A stretch of DNA of 49,899 bases from a virus. Lineage: Duplodnaviria; Heunggongvirae; Uroviricota; Caudoviricetes. The translations under genes were made by a program, and so were the position numbers. The DNA is taken from IMG/VR virus record IMGVR_UViG_3300047159_000064; one strand, written 5' to 3'. Shown here piece after piece: positions 1 to 9,170 of this stretch. The notes beneath the pieces were generated by a model. The model did not search any database. It was not told the origin of the DNA and saw only the letters and a list, made by a program, of their open reading frames with translations. Positions within the stretch are counted from its first letter, which is position 1, and every line of letters starts with the position of its first letter.

Positions 1-338
1 TGCCGGCATTCTTTCACTGAATCGCGGGTGAAAATAGTCTCGAAATTGGAGACTAGCTTATAATTCGTCGCTGTGAATTCGTAGACGCCGTAGCCGAGCT
101 TGACCAATTCCTTGATGTCGCCGTCGGAGAACCAATGGGTCAGCATCTCAGGCGTTTCGCACGCCGAGAACCATTTGTTGCCGCCTGCGCGGTACAATGG
201 GCTGTCGCCCATAGGAAGGTCTTTGACCGCCCCGTCCGTCAATTTGTCGAAAATAGGCGACAAATGCCCGTCGAAATCGCGCCATAAGCCGTGCTGCTCG
301 CGCTGATTCTCGACACGATACAATTTCTTTTCTTCCAT
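1..338 (-). CDS. Hypothetical phage protein, 3' end runs off the window
   Basis: ATG at 338 after AAGAGGA RBS; open frame MEEKKLYRVENQREQHGLWRDFDG... to the edge; absent from the ORF track. Confidence 0.7.
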   Translation of the reverse strand, partial: MEEKKLYRVENQREQHGLWRDFDGHLSPIFDKLTDGAVKDLPMGDSPLYRAGGNKWFSACETPEMLTHWFSDGDIKELVKLGYGVYEFTATNYKLVSNFETIFTRDSVKECR

Positions 339-396
339 TTTGTTTCCTCTTTTTATCACATTATATTATATGGCTTATTCCGCGCAAAAAAGCGGA

Positions 397-1164
397 TTAT
401 TCGACATAATCCGCTTTCTCGTACTTCGGCATAGGCAGCAATTTGTGAAGGTTCTGCGTATGCTTGCGCTCGATGGCGTCTCGCGTCTCTTTCGGAAGAT
501 CGACGCCGTCGAGGACGTCGAGGATATAAGAATCCAATTGCGCGTAAGAGAATCCGAGGTTGTCTTCGTCTGATTTGCCGCACATGCCGTCGCTTGGCGT
601 CTTATGGACCAAATCGCGCGGAAGGCCCAAATCGTCGCCGAGCTCGAGCACTTCGCGGACCGTGAGATCCGACAATGGGCTGAAATCGCCGGCGCCGTCG
701 CCGAACTTCGTGCTGTAGCCGACGTAATCCTCAGAGCGGTTGCAGGTGTTGCAGACTCGGGCCGAAGGATACATCGCGGCGATGGAATAAAGCGTGCACA
801 TGCGAAGGCGGGCCGGAAGGTTGGTCTCGATGCCGCGATTGCCGTAAACCGCGAGGCTTTCGCCGGCGTTTTTGACGGCTCCGTCCAATTCCGCCATCAT
901 GGCCGCGTACGGCTGGCAGATGTTGACCGTGACGCTCTTGATGCCGAGCAAATCGATCACGCGATGCGAATCGGCGATGTCTTTCTGAACGCCGTTCGGC
1001 ATGAGCACGCCGATGACGTTCTCTTTGCCTAACGCCTCGACGAGCAGCTTTCCGCAGACGGTGGAATCTTTGCCTCCGCTGATGCCGATGATGGCGGTCT
1101 TGCCGCCGGTCGATTCGAACAAGCCTTTGATCCAGGCGATGATGTTGTCAGTGCGTTTTTCCAT
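397..1164 (-). CDS. nadE: NH3-dependent NAD+ synthetase
   Basis: GISGGKDS, N..ARLRM, GYSTKFGDG, KTPSDG...DE..LGFSY motifs. Confidence 0.93.
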   Translation of the reverse strand: MEKRTDNIIAWIKGLFESTGGKTAIIGISGGKDSTVCGKLLVEALGKENVIGVLMPNGVQKDIADSHRVIDLLGIKSVTVNICQPYAAMMAELDGAVKNAGESLAVYGNRGIETNLPARLRMCTLYSIAAMYPSARVCNTCNRSEDYVGYSTKFGDGAGDFSPLSDLTVREVLELGDDLGLPRDLVHKTPSDGMCGKSDEDNLGFSYAQLDSYILDVLDGVDLPKETRDAIERKHTQNLHKLLPMPKYEKADYVE

Positions 1165-1165
1165 G

Positions 1166-2005
1166 TTAATCTATTTCCTTTTGCGTCAGTTTGGCGCAGT
1201 TGTCGTACTCGTAGTCTCCGATGGAATCCGAGCAATAGACTCTGCTGACTATTCCGTCGCTGAACAGCGGGCTGCTGTAGTCAGGCTTCTCCAAATGCGT
1301 CACGACGACGCTGATCGTCCTAGCGCCGGCCTCTTTGAGCTTCTCGGCGACCATGTGCAGCGTGTTGCCGGTGGCGCACAGATCGTCAAGGATGTAGATG
1401 TCTTTGCCTTCGACGGACTGGCCGTAGAGATCCAGCTTCGTTATCTCGCCGGTCGACCAATCGCGCTCTTTGTAGCATGCGTTTATCTGGCTGACTCCGG
1501 GCACGAGCCGCTTGAGATCCGAAGAATACCTCTTCTGCGCCCCGACGTCAGGGAAGCACACGGCGACGTTGTCCGCCGAGCCGCCTAAGATCAATTTGAA
1601 CAGCGGAACCGTATACGGCCTCGTCTCAAGATGATCTATGAGCGCGCAGGCGACGTCGGAATGAACCTCGTAGGTGACGACTTTCTTGCATTTGAACGAA
1701 TTCACCAAGTCGGCGAAGTATCTGAGCGTGAACACTTCCGTCGCCGTGGAATGGACTCTGTCCATCCGCGAAAACGGAAGATACGGGATCGTCAGAATGA
1801 CGTCTTTGTCGGCGTATTGGTTCTTCAAATGGTTCATGACGAAGAACAGCTTGACTATGCTCGAATCGTCGCCTGAATAGCGCCAGAACACGCGAAGCTG
1901 CGTGTAATCCGAGAAATCCGGCAGCGTCAGCTTCATTTCGCCGTTTCTGAAATACGAAACGCAGCTTTCGACGTCTTTTTCGTTAATCGAGAAATTGCAA
2001 CCCAT
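1166..2005 (-). CDS. Ribose-phosphate pyrophosphokinase-like protein (Prs/Adps-like)
   Basis: F.NGE, PYLPFSRMDR, FPDVGA.KRY, KERDW.TG.I, ILDDLCATGNT PRPP loop. Confidence 0.88.
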   Translation of the reverse strand: MGCNFSINEKDVESCVSYFRNGEMKLTLPDFSDYTQLRVFWRYSGDDSSIVKLFFVMNHLKNQYADKDVILTIPYLPFSRMDRVHSTATEVFTLRYFADLVNSFKCKKVVTYEVHSDVACALIDHLETRPYTVPLFKLILGGSADNVAVCFPDVGAQKRYSSDLKRLVPGVSQINACYKERDWSTGEITKLDLYGQSVEGKDIYILDDLCATGNTLHMVAEKLKEAGARTISVVVTHLEKPDYSSPLFSDGIVSRVYCSDSIGDYEYDNCAKLTQKEID

Positions 2006-2015
2006 GCTGCCTCCT

Positions 2016-2576
2016 TTAATAATTGTCGGCGCCTTGGTCGTACAAGCTCTTCAGCTCGCGCCTGACTTTGCGGTACCACTTGACGAAATCGGCTTCGCCC
2101 ATCTCATGGAGGTTCCAGAGCAGCTTCTTGAGCAGATACTCGGTGTCGGCGTGCATCACCTTATGGCCTGCGTCTTTCTTCATGTAGTAGTTCCAGGCCG
2201 CCTCTTTCTTGAAATTCTTGCCTTGATAGGCTTTGCAGGCGGCGACGCGATCGCAGAACATCTCGACGACGTACTTATACGGCATCTTCATCGGCACGAT
2301 CTCGTCGGCCTCATTGGTGTCCCACCAAGCCTGATAATGATGCTTGTTCTTATGATAATGATGAATCCAGGCGACGGAGCCGCCGGTCTGCTCGCGGCAT
2401 ACCTCATGCGGGCTTCTGTCGCCGACGTAATATTTGCATATCTTGAGCTCAGTAGGGGAATACTTGCTGAGATCGTGCAGCAAACCTTGGGCGAAAAGGC
2501 CCATTTTGAAGCACAATCTGCGAACGTATCTTCGATGGATCCCAACGATTCTGAGATGCTTGATAAGCTTGTTCAT
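2016..2576 (-). CDS. DUF5662-like HD-type protein
   Basis: LLHDLSK, AWIHH..KNKHH, MP.KY.VEMFCD. Confidence 0.75.
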   Translation of the reverse strand: MNKLIKHLRIVGIHRRYVRRLCFKMGLFAQGLLHDLSKYSPTELKICKYYVGDRSPHEVCREQTGGSVAWIHHYHKNKHHYQAWWDTNEADEIVPMKMPYKYVVEMFCDRVAACKAYQGKNFKKEAAWNYYMKKDAGHKVMHADTEYLLKKLLWNLHEMGEADFVKWYRKVRRELKSLYDQGADNY

Positions 2577-2604
2577 TAGGCAAATTCCTCTTTTTCTTAC
2601 TTTT

Positions 2605-2614
2605 TATTATACGG
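2605..2614 (-). promoter_or_regulatory. CCGTATAATA sigma-A-like -10 element (repeated motif)
   Basis: Same 10-mer at 7486, 40961, 43429, 43800, 46165; variants at 11057, 41345; each upstream of a gene or RNA start. Confidence 0.7.
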
Positions 2615-2635
2615 CGTTAGCCGCGCAAACAAAAC

Positions 2636-2660
2636 AAAAATGCGCCGATTGAGGCGCATC
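2636..2660 (-). terminator. Intrinsic terminator after thyA
   Basis: ATGCGCC-loop-GGCGCAT hairpin followed by T run. Confidence 0.65.
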
Positions 2661-2679
2661 TGTGCTCGTTCCGCTTAGG

Positions 2680-3519
2680 CTATTGGGCGACTTCGAATTT
2701 CTCTTCTAGCTTCGTCGCTTTGTAATCGATCAAAACAAAATCGTTCTCGCCAAACGAATAGAAATCCGTGACCGCCGGATTGATCCACAGCTTAGGCGCC
2801 GGATATTCCTCGTTCGACAGAATCTCGTCGATGTACTTCATGTGGCGATCGTACACGTGGAGGTTGTTCGTCAGATGGACCATCTCGCCTACTTTCAGGC
2901 CTGATACCTGAGCCAACATGTGCTGCAGCACTGCCTCGCCTATCTCGTCCCATCCGCCTGCCGCGGCAGCCGCGAGGCAGTCTCCGCTTCTCTGAATGAC
3001 CGTCATATTGAGCCTGCCGTCAGAGACGTCGAACAGATATGTCATGACGCACGGCGGAAGCTTGGTGTAAATCGTATTGTGCGGATCGAACAGCTGCAGC
3101 ATCATGCGGCGGTCCATCGGGTTGTGCTTGAGCTGATAGAGCAGGTAATCGACTTGGTCGAATTCGCCTTCTGGGTATTTTATCTTCTCTTTCAAGGCAT
3201 AGGCGTAAGTCCGGCCTAAATCGCCGTTCTCGTCGGCCCAGGCGTCCCAGATGTGAGCGTCTAAATCATGGATGTTCGTCGATTTCTTCTGAAATATCCA
3301 AAGAAGCTCTTTAACGGCGCCTTTGAAGCCTTGCTTCCTCAGCGTCAGAATCGGGAATTCCTCGGCCAAATCGTATCTGGTGACGTAGCCGAACACCTTG
3401 ACTGTATGCGCCGAAGCGCCGTCTTGCCATTTAGGCCTGACAGAAAACGCCGAATCGCTGAACCCTCGCTCTTTGATTTCCTTCATCTGGTCTCTGAAAT
3501 ACGCGTCTGCTCTGCTCAT
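2680..3519 (-). CDS. thyA: Thymidylate synthase family protein, with Asp at the pyrimidine-specificity site
   Basis: ELLW, IWDAWAD, DRR, LPPC, QRSGD, HVYDRH; start MSRAD at 3519 with RBS. Confidence 0.85.
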   Translation of the reverse strand: MSRADAYFRDQMKEIKERGFSDSAFSVRPKWQDGASAHTVKVFGYVTRYDLAEEFPILTLRKQGFKGAVKELLWIFQKKSTNIHDLDAHIWDAWADENGDLGRTYAYALKEKIKYPEGEFDQVDYLLYQLKHNPMDRRMMLQLFDPHNTIYTKLPPCVMTYLFDVSDGRLNMTVIQRSGDCLAAAAAGGWDEIGEAVLQHMLAQVSGLKVGEMVHLTNNLHVYDRHMKYIDEILSNEEYPAPKLWINPAVTDFYSFGENDFVLIDYKATKLEEKFEVAQ

Positions 3520-3539
3520 CTTGCTCTCCTTTTCGCTTT

Positions 3540-4019
3540 TTAGCGAACGTACGGCCAATCAGGATCGTCCGGCGTGTGCTCAGGCGCCAAATCGTCGCCG
3601 AAATAGAATCTCTGCGCGCCTAATGAACCTACCCAATCCATGAACCCGCAATCATAGCTTCCCTTGATCTGCGCAGACTTAGGCACGACTATTATACAAG
3701 GTATCCGCTTTGATTTCATGTCGTCTTTGCTCCATCCGTGGCGGTCCATAGAGAACCCGTCGCACGGCTCGAGCACCAAATCGTCGAAGGCAAACGACAG
3801 ATCGCGATAGCCTTTGACGAACCACGGATACACCGATCCGGCGTTGCTCTCGTAAGGATAGTCGTTCCAGTCGTCGCCGTAATAATCGCTCGGCTTCAGC
3901 CAATCAGGCCGCTTGCCGTCTTCCAGGTAATCTTGCCTCGTCCATCCCCAATCCGGCGTTTTCTCGCCGAGCAGGAATCTGACGACGTTGCCTTTTTTCT
4001 CGAAATCTATTATCTGCAT
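3540..4019 (-). CDS. Hypothetical phage protein
   Basis: 159-aa ORF packed in operon; GDDWNDYPYESNAG. Confidence 0.75.
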   Translation of the reverse strand: MQIIDFEKKGNVVRFLLGEKTPDWGWTRQDYLEDGKRPDWLKPSDYYGDDWNDYPYESNAGSVYPWFVKGYRDLSFAFDDLVLEPCDGFSMDRHGWSKDDMKSKRIPCIIVVPKSAQIKGSYDCGFMDWVGSLGAQRFYFGDDLAPEHTPDDPDWPYVR

Positions 4020-4020
4020 G

Positions 4021-4440
4021 CTATTCGGCCTCTTTCCATTTCTCTTCGTCTTTGGCTTCGTCCGACGTGTCGTACCATCGGCCGTTTATCTTATTCTGCT
4101 TCCAGGTCTTATGCGACGCCAGCCATGCGTCGAACACCTCTTGCGCCTCTTTGGCCCCTGCCGCCAGCGCGGTCGTGCCGTCTGGGAGATCCACTTTATC
4201 GGCGACGCATTGATCGCTGTCGACGAATTCGAATTTGCCGAAATCGTCTCTGTATTTCTTGTTGATCTCCTTCCATTCGACGACGACGCCGCCTGCGCAC
4301 TCGTCGGATCCGATATGGATGTCGTTCATCTGCGACGACGTCGAAAGATTGAACGCCAGAAGCGACCTGATGAAATTGGTCAGCAAACCGCTGTCGCAGT
4401 CGTCTTTGCCGAAATACTGAGAATTATATTTTTGGAGCAT
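4021..4440 (-). CDS. Hypothetical protein
   Basis: AGGAGG RBS before ATG 4440. Confidence 0.7.
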   Translation of the reverse strand: MLQKYNSQYFGKDDCDSGLLTNFIRSLLAFNLSTSSQMNDIHIGSDECAGGVVVEWKEINKKYRDDFGKFEFVDSDQCVADKVDLPDGTTALAAGAKEAQEVFDAWLASHKTWKQNKINGRWYDTSDEAKDEEKWKEAE

Positions 4441-4454
4441 TATGCGCCCTCCTA

Positions 4455-5276
4455 TTAGAAATCCAATATGAGCTTGCGGTCTTTTTCCGCTTTGACGTAG
4501 GACAGCGTCACGACGTCGCCCTGCTTCAGCTCGTTGGGCCATACGTCGCCAACGAACACGTCGCCGGCGTCCGCTTCGGCCTTAGAAAGCACATTAGGCT
4601 GATCCCATATCCAAACGTGGCGATCTCGCGTTATCTCTACGCCGAAATTGGCGTCTATCGCCTCGCCTACGCAGGCCATCGCTTTCCCGTCTCTCATATA
4701 GACGTCGCACGTCCTGCTCGCCTCTCTGCCTTTCGGATTGAAATACCTGAGCGCGACGTCGGCGTAATGGCGCTGAAGCCTCTTGCGGTACATGTCTCCG
4801 ACATTGGTATCCAGGCCGAAGGCCAGCCTGTCTGCCTCGGCGAAATCCAAGACCGACTTCTCGCTGACGATCACCTTCCTGAGCCCGTCCTCAGCGACAT
4901 ACGAGATGGTCACCAGATACGGGTAGTACGGAATGAGATCCAGCAGCGTGTCGAAATGGATTATCCTCTTGGAGAAATAGCCGTGTCTGTTGATATGCGA
5001 CAAATCAGGGTATTCCTTATCGCCGTACTTGTAGCATTTCTTGCCGTTCGGCTTGTAGCAGAAGCTCAATTCGCTCTCTGGGCGGTTTATTTCCGCGTCG
5101 ACGTTGAATTTGGTGAGCTTGAGCCCGACATGCTGATAGATGACCCCGCCTGTCTGCTCTTTGAACGCGTCGAAGCACTCCAGCTCGTCCGACGCGAAAG
5201 CGCCGTTGCTCAGCCTATGCTGCTTCACCGTAGACAGCTCGTCCGCGAAATCGCATTCTCCGCTGTAAATGGACAT
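4455..5276 (-). CDS. Hypothetical protein
   Basis: 273-aa ORF tightly packed in operon. Confidence 0.75.
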   Translation of the reverse strand: MSIYSGECDFADELSTVKQHRLSNGAFASDELECFDAFKEQTGGVIYQHVGLKLTKFNVDAEINRPESELSFCYKPNGKKCYKYGDKEYPDLSHINRHGYFSKRIIHFDTLLDLIPYYPYLVTISYVAEDGLRKVIVSEKSVLDFAEADRLAFGLDTNVGDMYRKRLQRHYADVALRYFNPKGREASRTCDVYMRDGKAMACVGEAIDANFGVEITRDRHVWIWDQPNVLSKAEADAGDVFVGDVWPNELKQGDVVTLSYVKAEKDRKLILDF

Positions 5277-5278
5277 CT

Positions 5279-6250
5279 CTATGAACCTGCCTTTCTGTTT
5301 CGCTCGGCTTCGCTTAGCTGCGTCGTGATCAGCCTATGAGATCCGTTCTCCAGGACGAGCACGTTTACGACGCCTGAATTCGCCGTATTGCCGTCGAGCA
5401 CGATCAAGCCGTCGCGATCGAACGCGCTGTCGTCTTCTTCGTCTTTCGATTTGAGCTCGCCGAGCATCCTTCTGACGTTGTTGGCGTGGATATGCCCGCA
5501 CACGAGCTTCTTGCCTTTGTCCGTCTCAGGCTTGAACTGCCCTAAATAGAACTGCTTGGCGCAGTTGCCCCATGCCGCGTCTTCCCATTCGAAGTCCGTC
5601 GCGGACCTCCAATCCGGCCTGTATTCGAACGCGCTGGCGTCCAAAGAATACATGAGCAGCTCGGCCAAGCCGGCGTAGCTTTTCCTGAGCGACGTCGGAA
5701 CGAAATTGTGCACGAACACGTAATCGCCGATCTCGAGATAGTTGAGCCATCTGCCATTGGTTATCCAATTCGCTATCTCGGATCCCGCCACGGCTTTCTT
5801 GACGGCGCGCCAGACGTCGAGCGCTGATTTTTTCGCCTCGCCGCCGTCTGCGTCGCTCGTTTTCGAGTCGAGCATGAAAAGCTGGTTTATGTACCAATAG
5901 CTCGGATCCATCTCTTTCTCATCTACGCCGGCAATGGCGCAGAACGTGCGCACGGTCCCGTTCGAGAAATCGTGCTGATCCGGGAAATCTTTTCCGAGCA
6001 TGGCCGTGAAAAGCGCCTCGTGATTGCCTCTTATGAATGTGACGCGATCCTGATTGAGCGACATCAGAAAATCATAGAGCTCCAAAGTCTCGTAGCCGCG
6101 ATCGAAAACGTCTCCGCAGACTATGAGCTTGTGCTTGCCGTTATTCGCGTCGAATCCGGCGAGCGACAGCGCGTCTTCCAGCGCCGATAGGCAGCTGTGC
6201 ACGTCAGACACCGCGAAATACACGCTGCCGTCTTCTATGAAATAGCCCAT
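5279..6250 (-). CDS. Metallophosphoesterase (Ser/Thr phosphatase-like)
   Basis: SDVH, GDVFDRG, RGNHE, GH motifs. Confidence 0.88.
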   Translation of the reverse strand: MGYFIEDGSVYFAVSDVHSCLSALEDALSLAGFDANNGKHKLIVCGDVFDRGYETLELYDFLMSLNQDRVTFIRGNHEALFTAMLGKDFPDQHDFSNGTVRTFCAIAGVDEKEMDPSYWYINQLFMLDSKTSDADGGEAKKSALDVWRAVKKAVAGSEIANWITNGRWLNYLEIGDYVFVHNFVPTSLRKSYAGLAELLMYSLDASAFEYRPDWRSATDFEWEDAAWGNCAKQFYLGQFKPETDKGKKLVCGHIHANNVRRMLGELKSKDEEDDSAFDRDGLIVLDGNTANSGVVNVLVLENGSHRLITTQLSEAERNRKAGS

Positions 6251-7066
6251 TTATTTCTTGCCGCCCGAAAGCTCCTCGATAAGGAACCTTCTGATGAATT
6301 TGACCTTCAGATCGTCCAAGAACGTCTTGACTTCCGGATGCACCGGCTCCGGCGTCTTGAGGTTGTCGTCTTTTATCTTCTTGTTCAGGTCGTCGCCTTC
6401 TTTGGCTTTCACGCGCGCCTCATCTAGGCCGTAGAGGCCTTTCTTGACTTTTATTAGATATTCGGCGTCGTCAGGCACCAAGCACTCCTTATAAGGCTTT
6501 CCAGCCGCGTATTTGACCATCATGTCGTTCAGCCTGAGAATATGGTGCAGTTGCTTCGGGTCGTAGCCGAATTTGTCTATCTTCGCCATCGTCGTGGGAT
6601 ACGGATGCTCAAGCGCCTTGTATTTCTCCATCGACGTGCCTGAAAAGCAGCGCAAAGCCTGATTTGAATCGTAGCGCGCTATCGCGTCGTTCCAAGAAAG
6701 CAGCTCATCGACGAGATCGGAATACTTCGGATTGACGACCTTGAAATCGGTGAACAGTATCTCTACGTAAGCGTTGTTCTGCTTCTCGAACATGTCGAAC
6801 ATCTGCCTGATGTCCTTGATGTCGATATGCTCGTTGTTTGCCCTGACGTGCGTATGAGAATACGGCGCATCTCCGTTGACGACGTCCTCGAAGCTGGGAA
6901 GGATAATGGCCTTCGTGTCTATGTCGGACTGATATTCCGCGTCGTAGCAGTCGAGATTGTAGTTCTGCGATCCCTGAAGAAAAACGCCGACCACTTCGAA
7001 ACCGAGCGAAACGGCTTCGTCGTAGTGCTCTTTGACCCTATCCATTATGAAATCGTATCTCGTCAT
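6251..7066 (-). CDS. Pol-beta-superfamily nucleotidyltransferase
   Basis: GSQNYNL...SDID signature; GYDPKQLHH. Confidence 0.8.
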   Translation of the reverse strand: MTRYDFIMDRVKEHYDEAVSLGFEVVGVFLQGSQNYNLDCYDAEYQSDIDTKAIILPSFEDVVNGDAPYSHTHVRANNEHIDIKDIRQMFDMFEKQNNAYVEILFTDFKVVNPKYSDLVDELLSWNDAIARYDSNQALRCFSGTSMEKYKALEHPYPTTMAKIDKFGYDPKQLHHILRLNDMMVKYAAGKPYKECLVPDDAEYLIKVKKGLYGLDEARVKAKEGDDLNKKIKDDNLKTPEPVHPEVKTFLDDLKVKFIRRFLIEELSGGKK

Positions 7067-7107
7067 GCAAATCGCCTCCTTATGCGGCCCGGCGTCAGGC
7101 CAATAGC

Positions 7108-7458
7108 CTATTGCTTAGCCTTTTTGTTCGCGTCGCCGCTTTTTACGTCTTCTTCTATCATGCCTCTGAGCAAAACCAGATAGCTCGCGGCGTCGGTCAG
7201 CTTCTCGATCCACTTCTCTTTAGTCCACGTATCGGTACCTTCTTCTACCATTTTGTAGATCGAGCAGATATGCTTCGCCAAGAAGCCGATGAGCGCGTTT
7301 TCCTGGTCTTTGCCGAGCAAAGCCCCTGCGCGCTTGAAATCGTCGAATCTGTCTTTGCCGTCCGCGGAGCGGTCGTATTCCGCTCCTTTGTGGACGAGAT
7401 TGCCTGAGATAGAGCTCAAAAACTCTTCGGCCACTTCATTGAATTCCTTTTGCGTCAT
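7108..7458 (-). CDS. Small all-alpha phage protein, possibly nucleotide-modification associated
   Basis: K..EY, D.F..FK, KH..SI, EK..D...YL.LL pattern. Confidence 0.6.
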   Translation of the reverse strand: MTQKEFNEVAEEFLSSISGNLVHKGAEYDRSADGKDRFDDFKRAGALLGKDQENALIGFLAKHICSIYKMVEEGTDTWTKEKWIEKLTDAASYLVLLRGMIEEDVKSGDANKKAKQ

Positions 7459-7487
7459 TTGCTTGAACCTCCGCCTACCTTATCTTA

Positions 7488-9170
7488 TTATACGGCCTGC
7501 TCTACGAAAACCGTCGTATTTTCGGCTGTTTCCTTCAGCATTTTGGCCTTGACGGCCGCGTATTTCTTCAAAAGCATCTCGTAGATGTCTGACTTGTCGC
7601 CTTCCAGGCCTGAGATGACGCTCTGCAGATCGGATATCTCTTTGAGATGCGCCTTCGTCAGATAGGATATCGGCTTGCAGAACACGTTCTCCGCCACCTG
7701 CTTGGAGCATCTGAATTTCGACATGAGGAACTTAAGCGCGTCGTCGTACGACAGATCGAAGATGCTCTTCCAATTGTCGGTGGCCTTAAGCTTCTCGATG
7801 ATCTGAAGCACCTCAAGGCGTTCTTTGCTGTCCTGAATCTGATGCGTCAGCCGGTTCTCGTGCGTGGCTATGAGATATTTAAGGTTAGCCTTCACGACGT
7901 CGCCGAAACCGAGCGGGACGTAGATGTGCTTCTGATCGAAGAAAGCCATGTTGTACGATTCGGCGGACTGCAGCCCTTCGTAGAGCCTCTTGTAGATCTC
8001 GCGCATGTCGCACTGCTTGTGAAGGACCTTCTCGATGACTATTCTCGTATCGTAGGTCGACTCGTCCCGCAGATCGAGCTTGTCGAGCAGAATCTCTTTC
8101 TCTATGAGCTTCCTGACGTGATCGACGGTCTTCGCCGACGGCAGAGCCGTTATCGTGATGACGCCTTTTTTGTCGATCTCCATCTTAGGGGCGACGCGGA
8201 CGGTTCCGCTGCCTGTCATGAGCGCGGACTCCCAGTCTTTTCTGTCAGATATGACGTTGACGCCGAGGTTCGGCATAGGCACCTTCTTAGGCTTGTATTC
8301 GACGTCTTTGTGCCTGAGCACGTCCATGTAATAATCGAACATGCCGGCGATGTCCACGCAAGGGATGTTCAATTTCGGCAGCCCTGACGGGATGCCTGAC
8401 ATGCCGTTGACGAAGCATAGCGGCACCAGCGTCGGCAAAGCGCGCGGCTCAGGATAATCAAGCTCGCCGGTTATCGTCGGCGAATACTCTATGGAATCAC
8501 ACGTAAGCTCGATGGCGAGATCCGACAGCATGCCGCCGATGTAGCGATCCGCGGAAGGCTCGATGTCTCTTGCTTTCCAGCCGAAGTTGCCTTGGGTCTT
8601 CAGGAATTTGAATTTGTTGCCTTCGTCCGCCAATCCCACTATGACGCCTGAGATAGACGTCGGATGCGGATGGTACTTCAGCGCCGTGGCCGCGAGCTCG
8701 GCGACCTTGACGACCTTGCGCGGCGCTGATTCGAACATTCCGTAGATCGCGCGCTTCTGAACGGACTTCGCGCCGTCTTCGAGATTAGGATAGGCTCGCC
8801 CTTGCGCAACGTAGATGGAATACTCTTTGTAGTTGTCCTGCGCGAGCTCCAAGCCGTCTATGGCGCCGTTTTTTGCAGAAGACTGCGCGGTCACCTGCTC
8901 TGCGCCGTCTGACTCAGCTTCCTCGGCGCCGGCGTCGTTTTCGCTTTTGTCGGCGTCTTTTATGCCGACTGGCGTCAATTCAGCGGAAGCGTCTTCTATG
9001 CTTGCTTTTTCCGCTGGTTCCGTCGCTTTTTCGGCAGGTTCTGCTTTATTCGGCGCTGTAGCTTTGATCGCAGAAGCCGCAGGCGCCGTCATGACCGGCG
9101 CGGGCTTTTTGTCGTCTTCGAACGAAAAAAGGTCGAAAGCGTAGTCTCTGATGTTTTCTTTGTTAGGCAT
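7488..9170 (-). CDS. Type IIA topoisomerase subunit A (GyrA/ParC-like)
   Basis: DG.K.VQKR, YHPH, QGNFG, catalytic SADRY; low-complexity N-terminal extension. Confidence 0.9.
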   Translation of the reverse strand: MPNKENIRDYAFDLFSFEDDKKPAPVMTAPAASAIKATAPNKAEPAEKATEPAEKASIEDASAELTPVGIKDADKSENDAGAEEAESDGAEQVTAQSSAKNGAIDGLELAQDNYKEYSIYVAQGRAYPNLEDGAKSVQKRAIYGMFESAPRKVVKVAELAATALKYHPHPTSISGVIVGLADEGNKFKFLKTQGNFGWKARDIEPSADRYIGGMLSDLAIELTCDSIEYSPTITGELDYPEPRALPTLVPLCFVNGMSGIPSGLPKLNIPCVDIAGMFDYYMDVLRHKDVEYKPKKVPMPNLGVNVISDRKDWESALMTGSGTVRVAPKMEIDKKGVITITALPSAKTVDHVRKLIEKEILLDKLDLRDESTYDTRIVIEKVLHKQCDMREIYKRLYEGLQSAESYNMAFFDQKHIYVPLGFGDVVKANLKYLIATHENRLTHQIQDSKERLEVLQIIEKLKATDNWKSIFDLSYDDALKFLMSKFRCSKQVAENVFCKPISYLTKAHLKEISDLQSVISGLEGDKSDIYEMLLKKYAAVKAKMLKETAENTTVFVEQAV

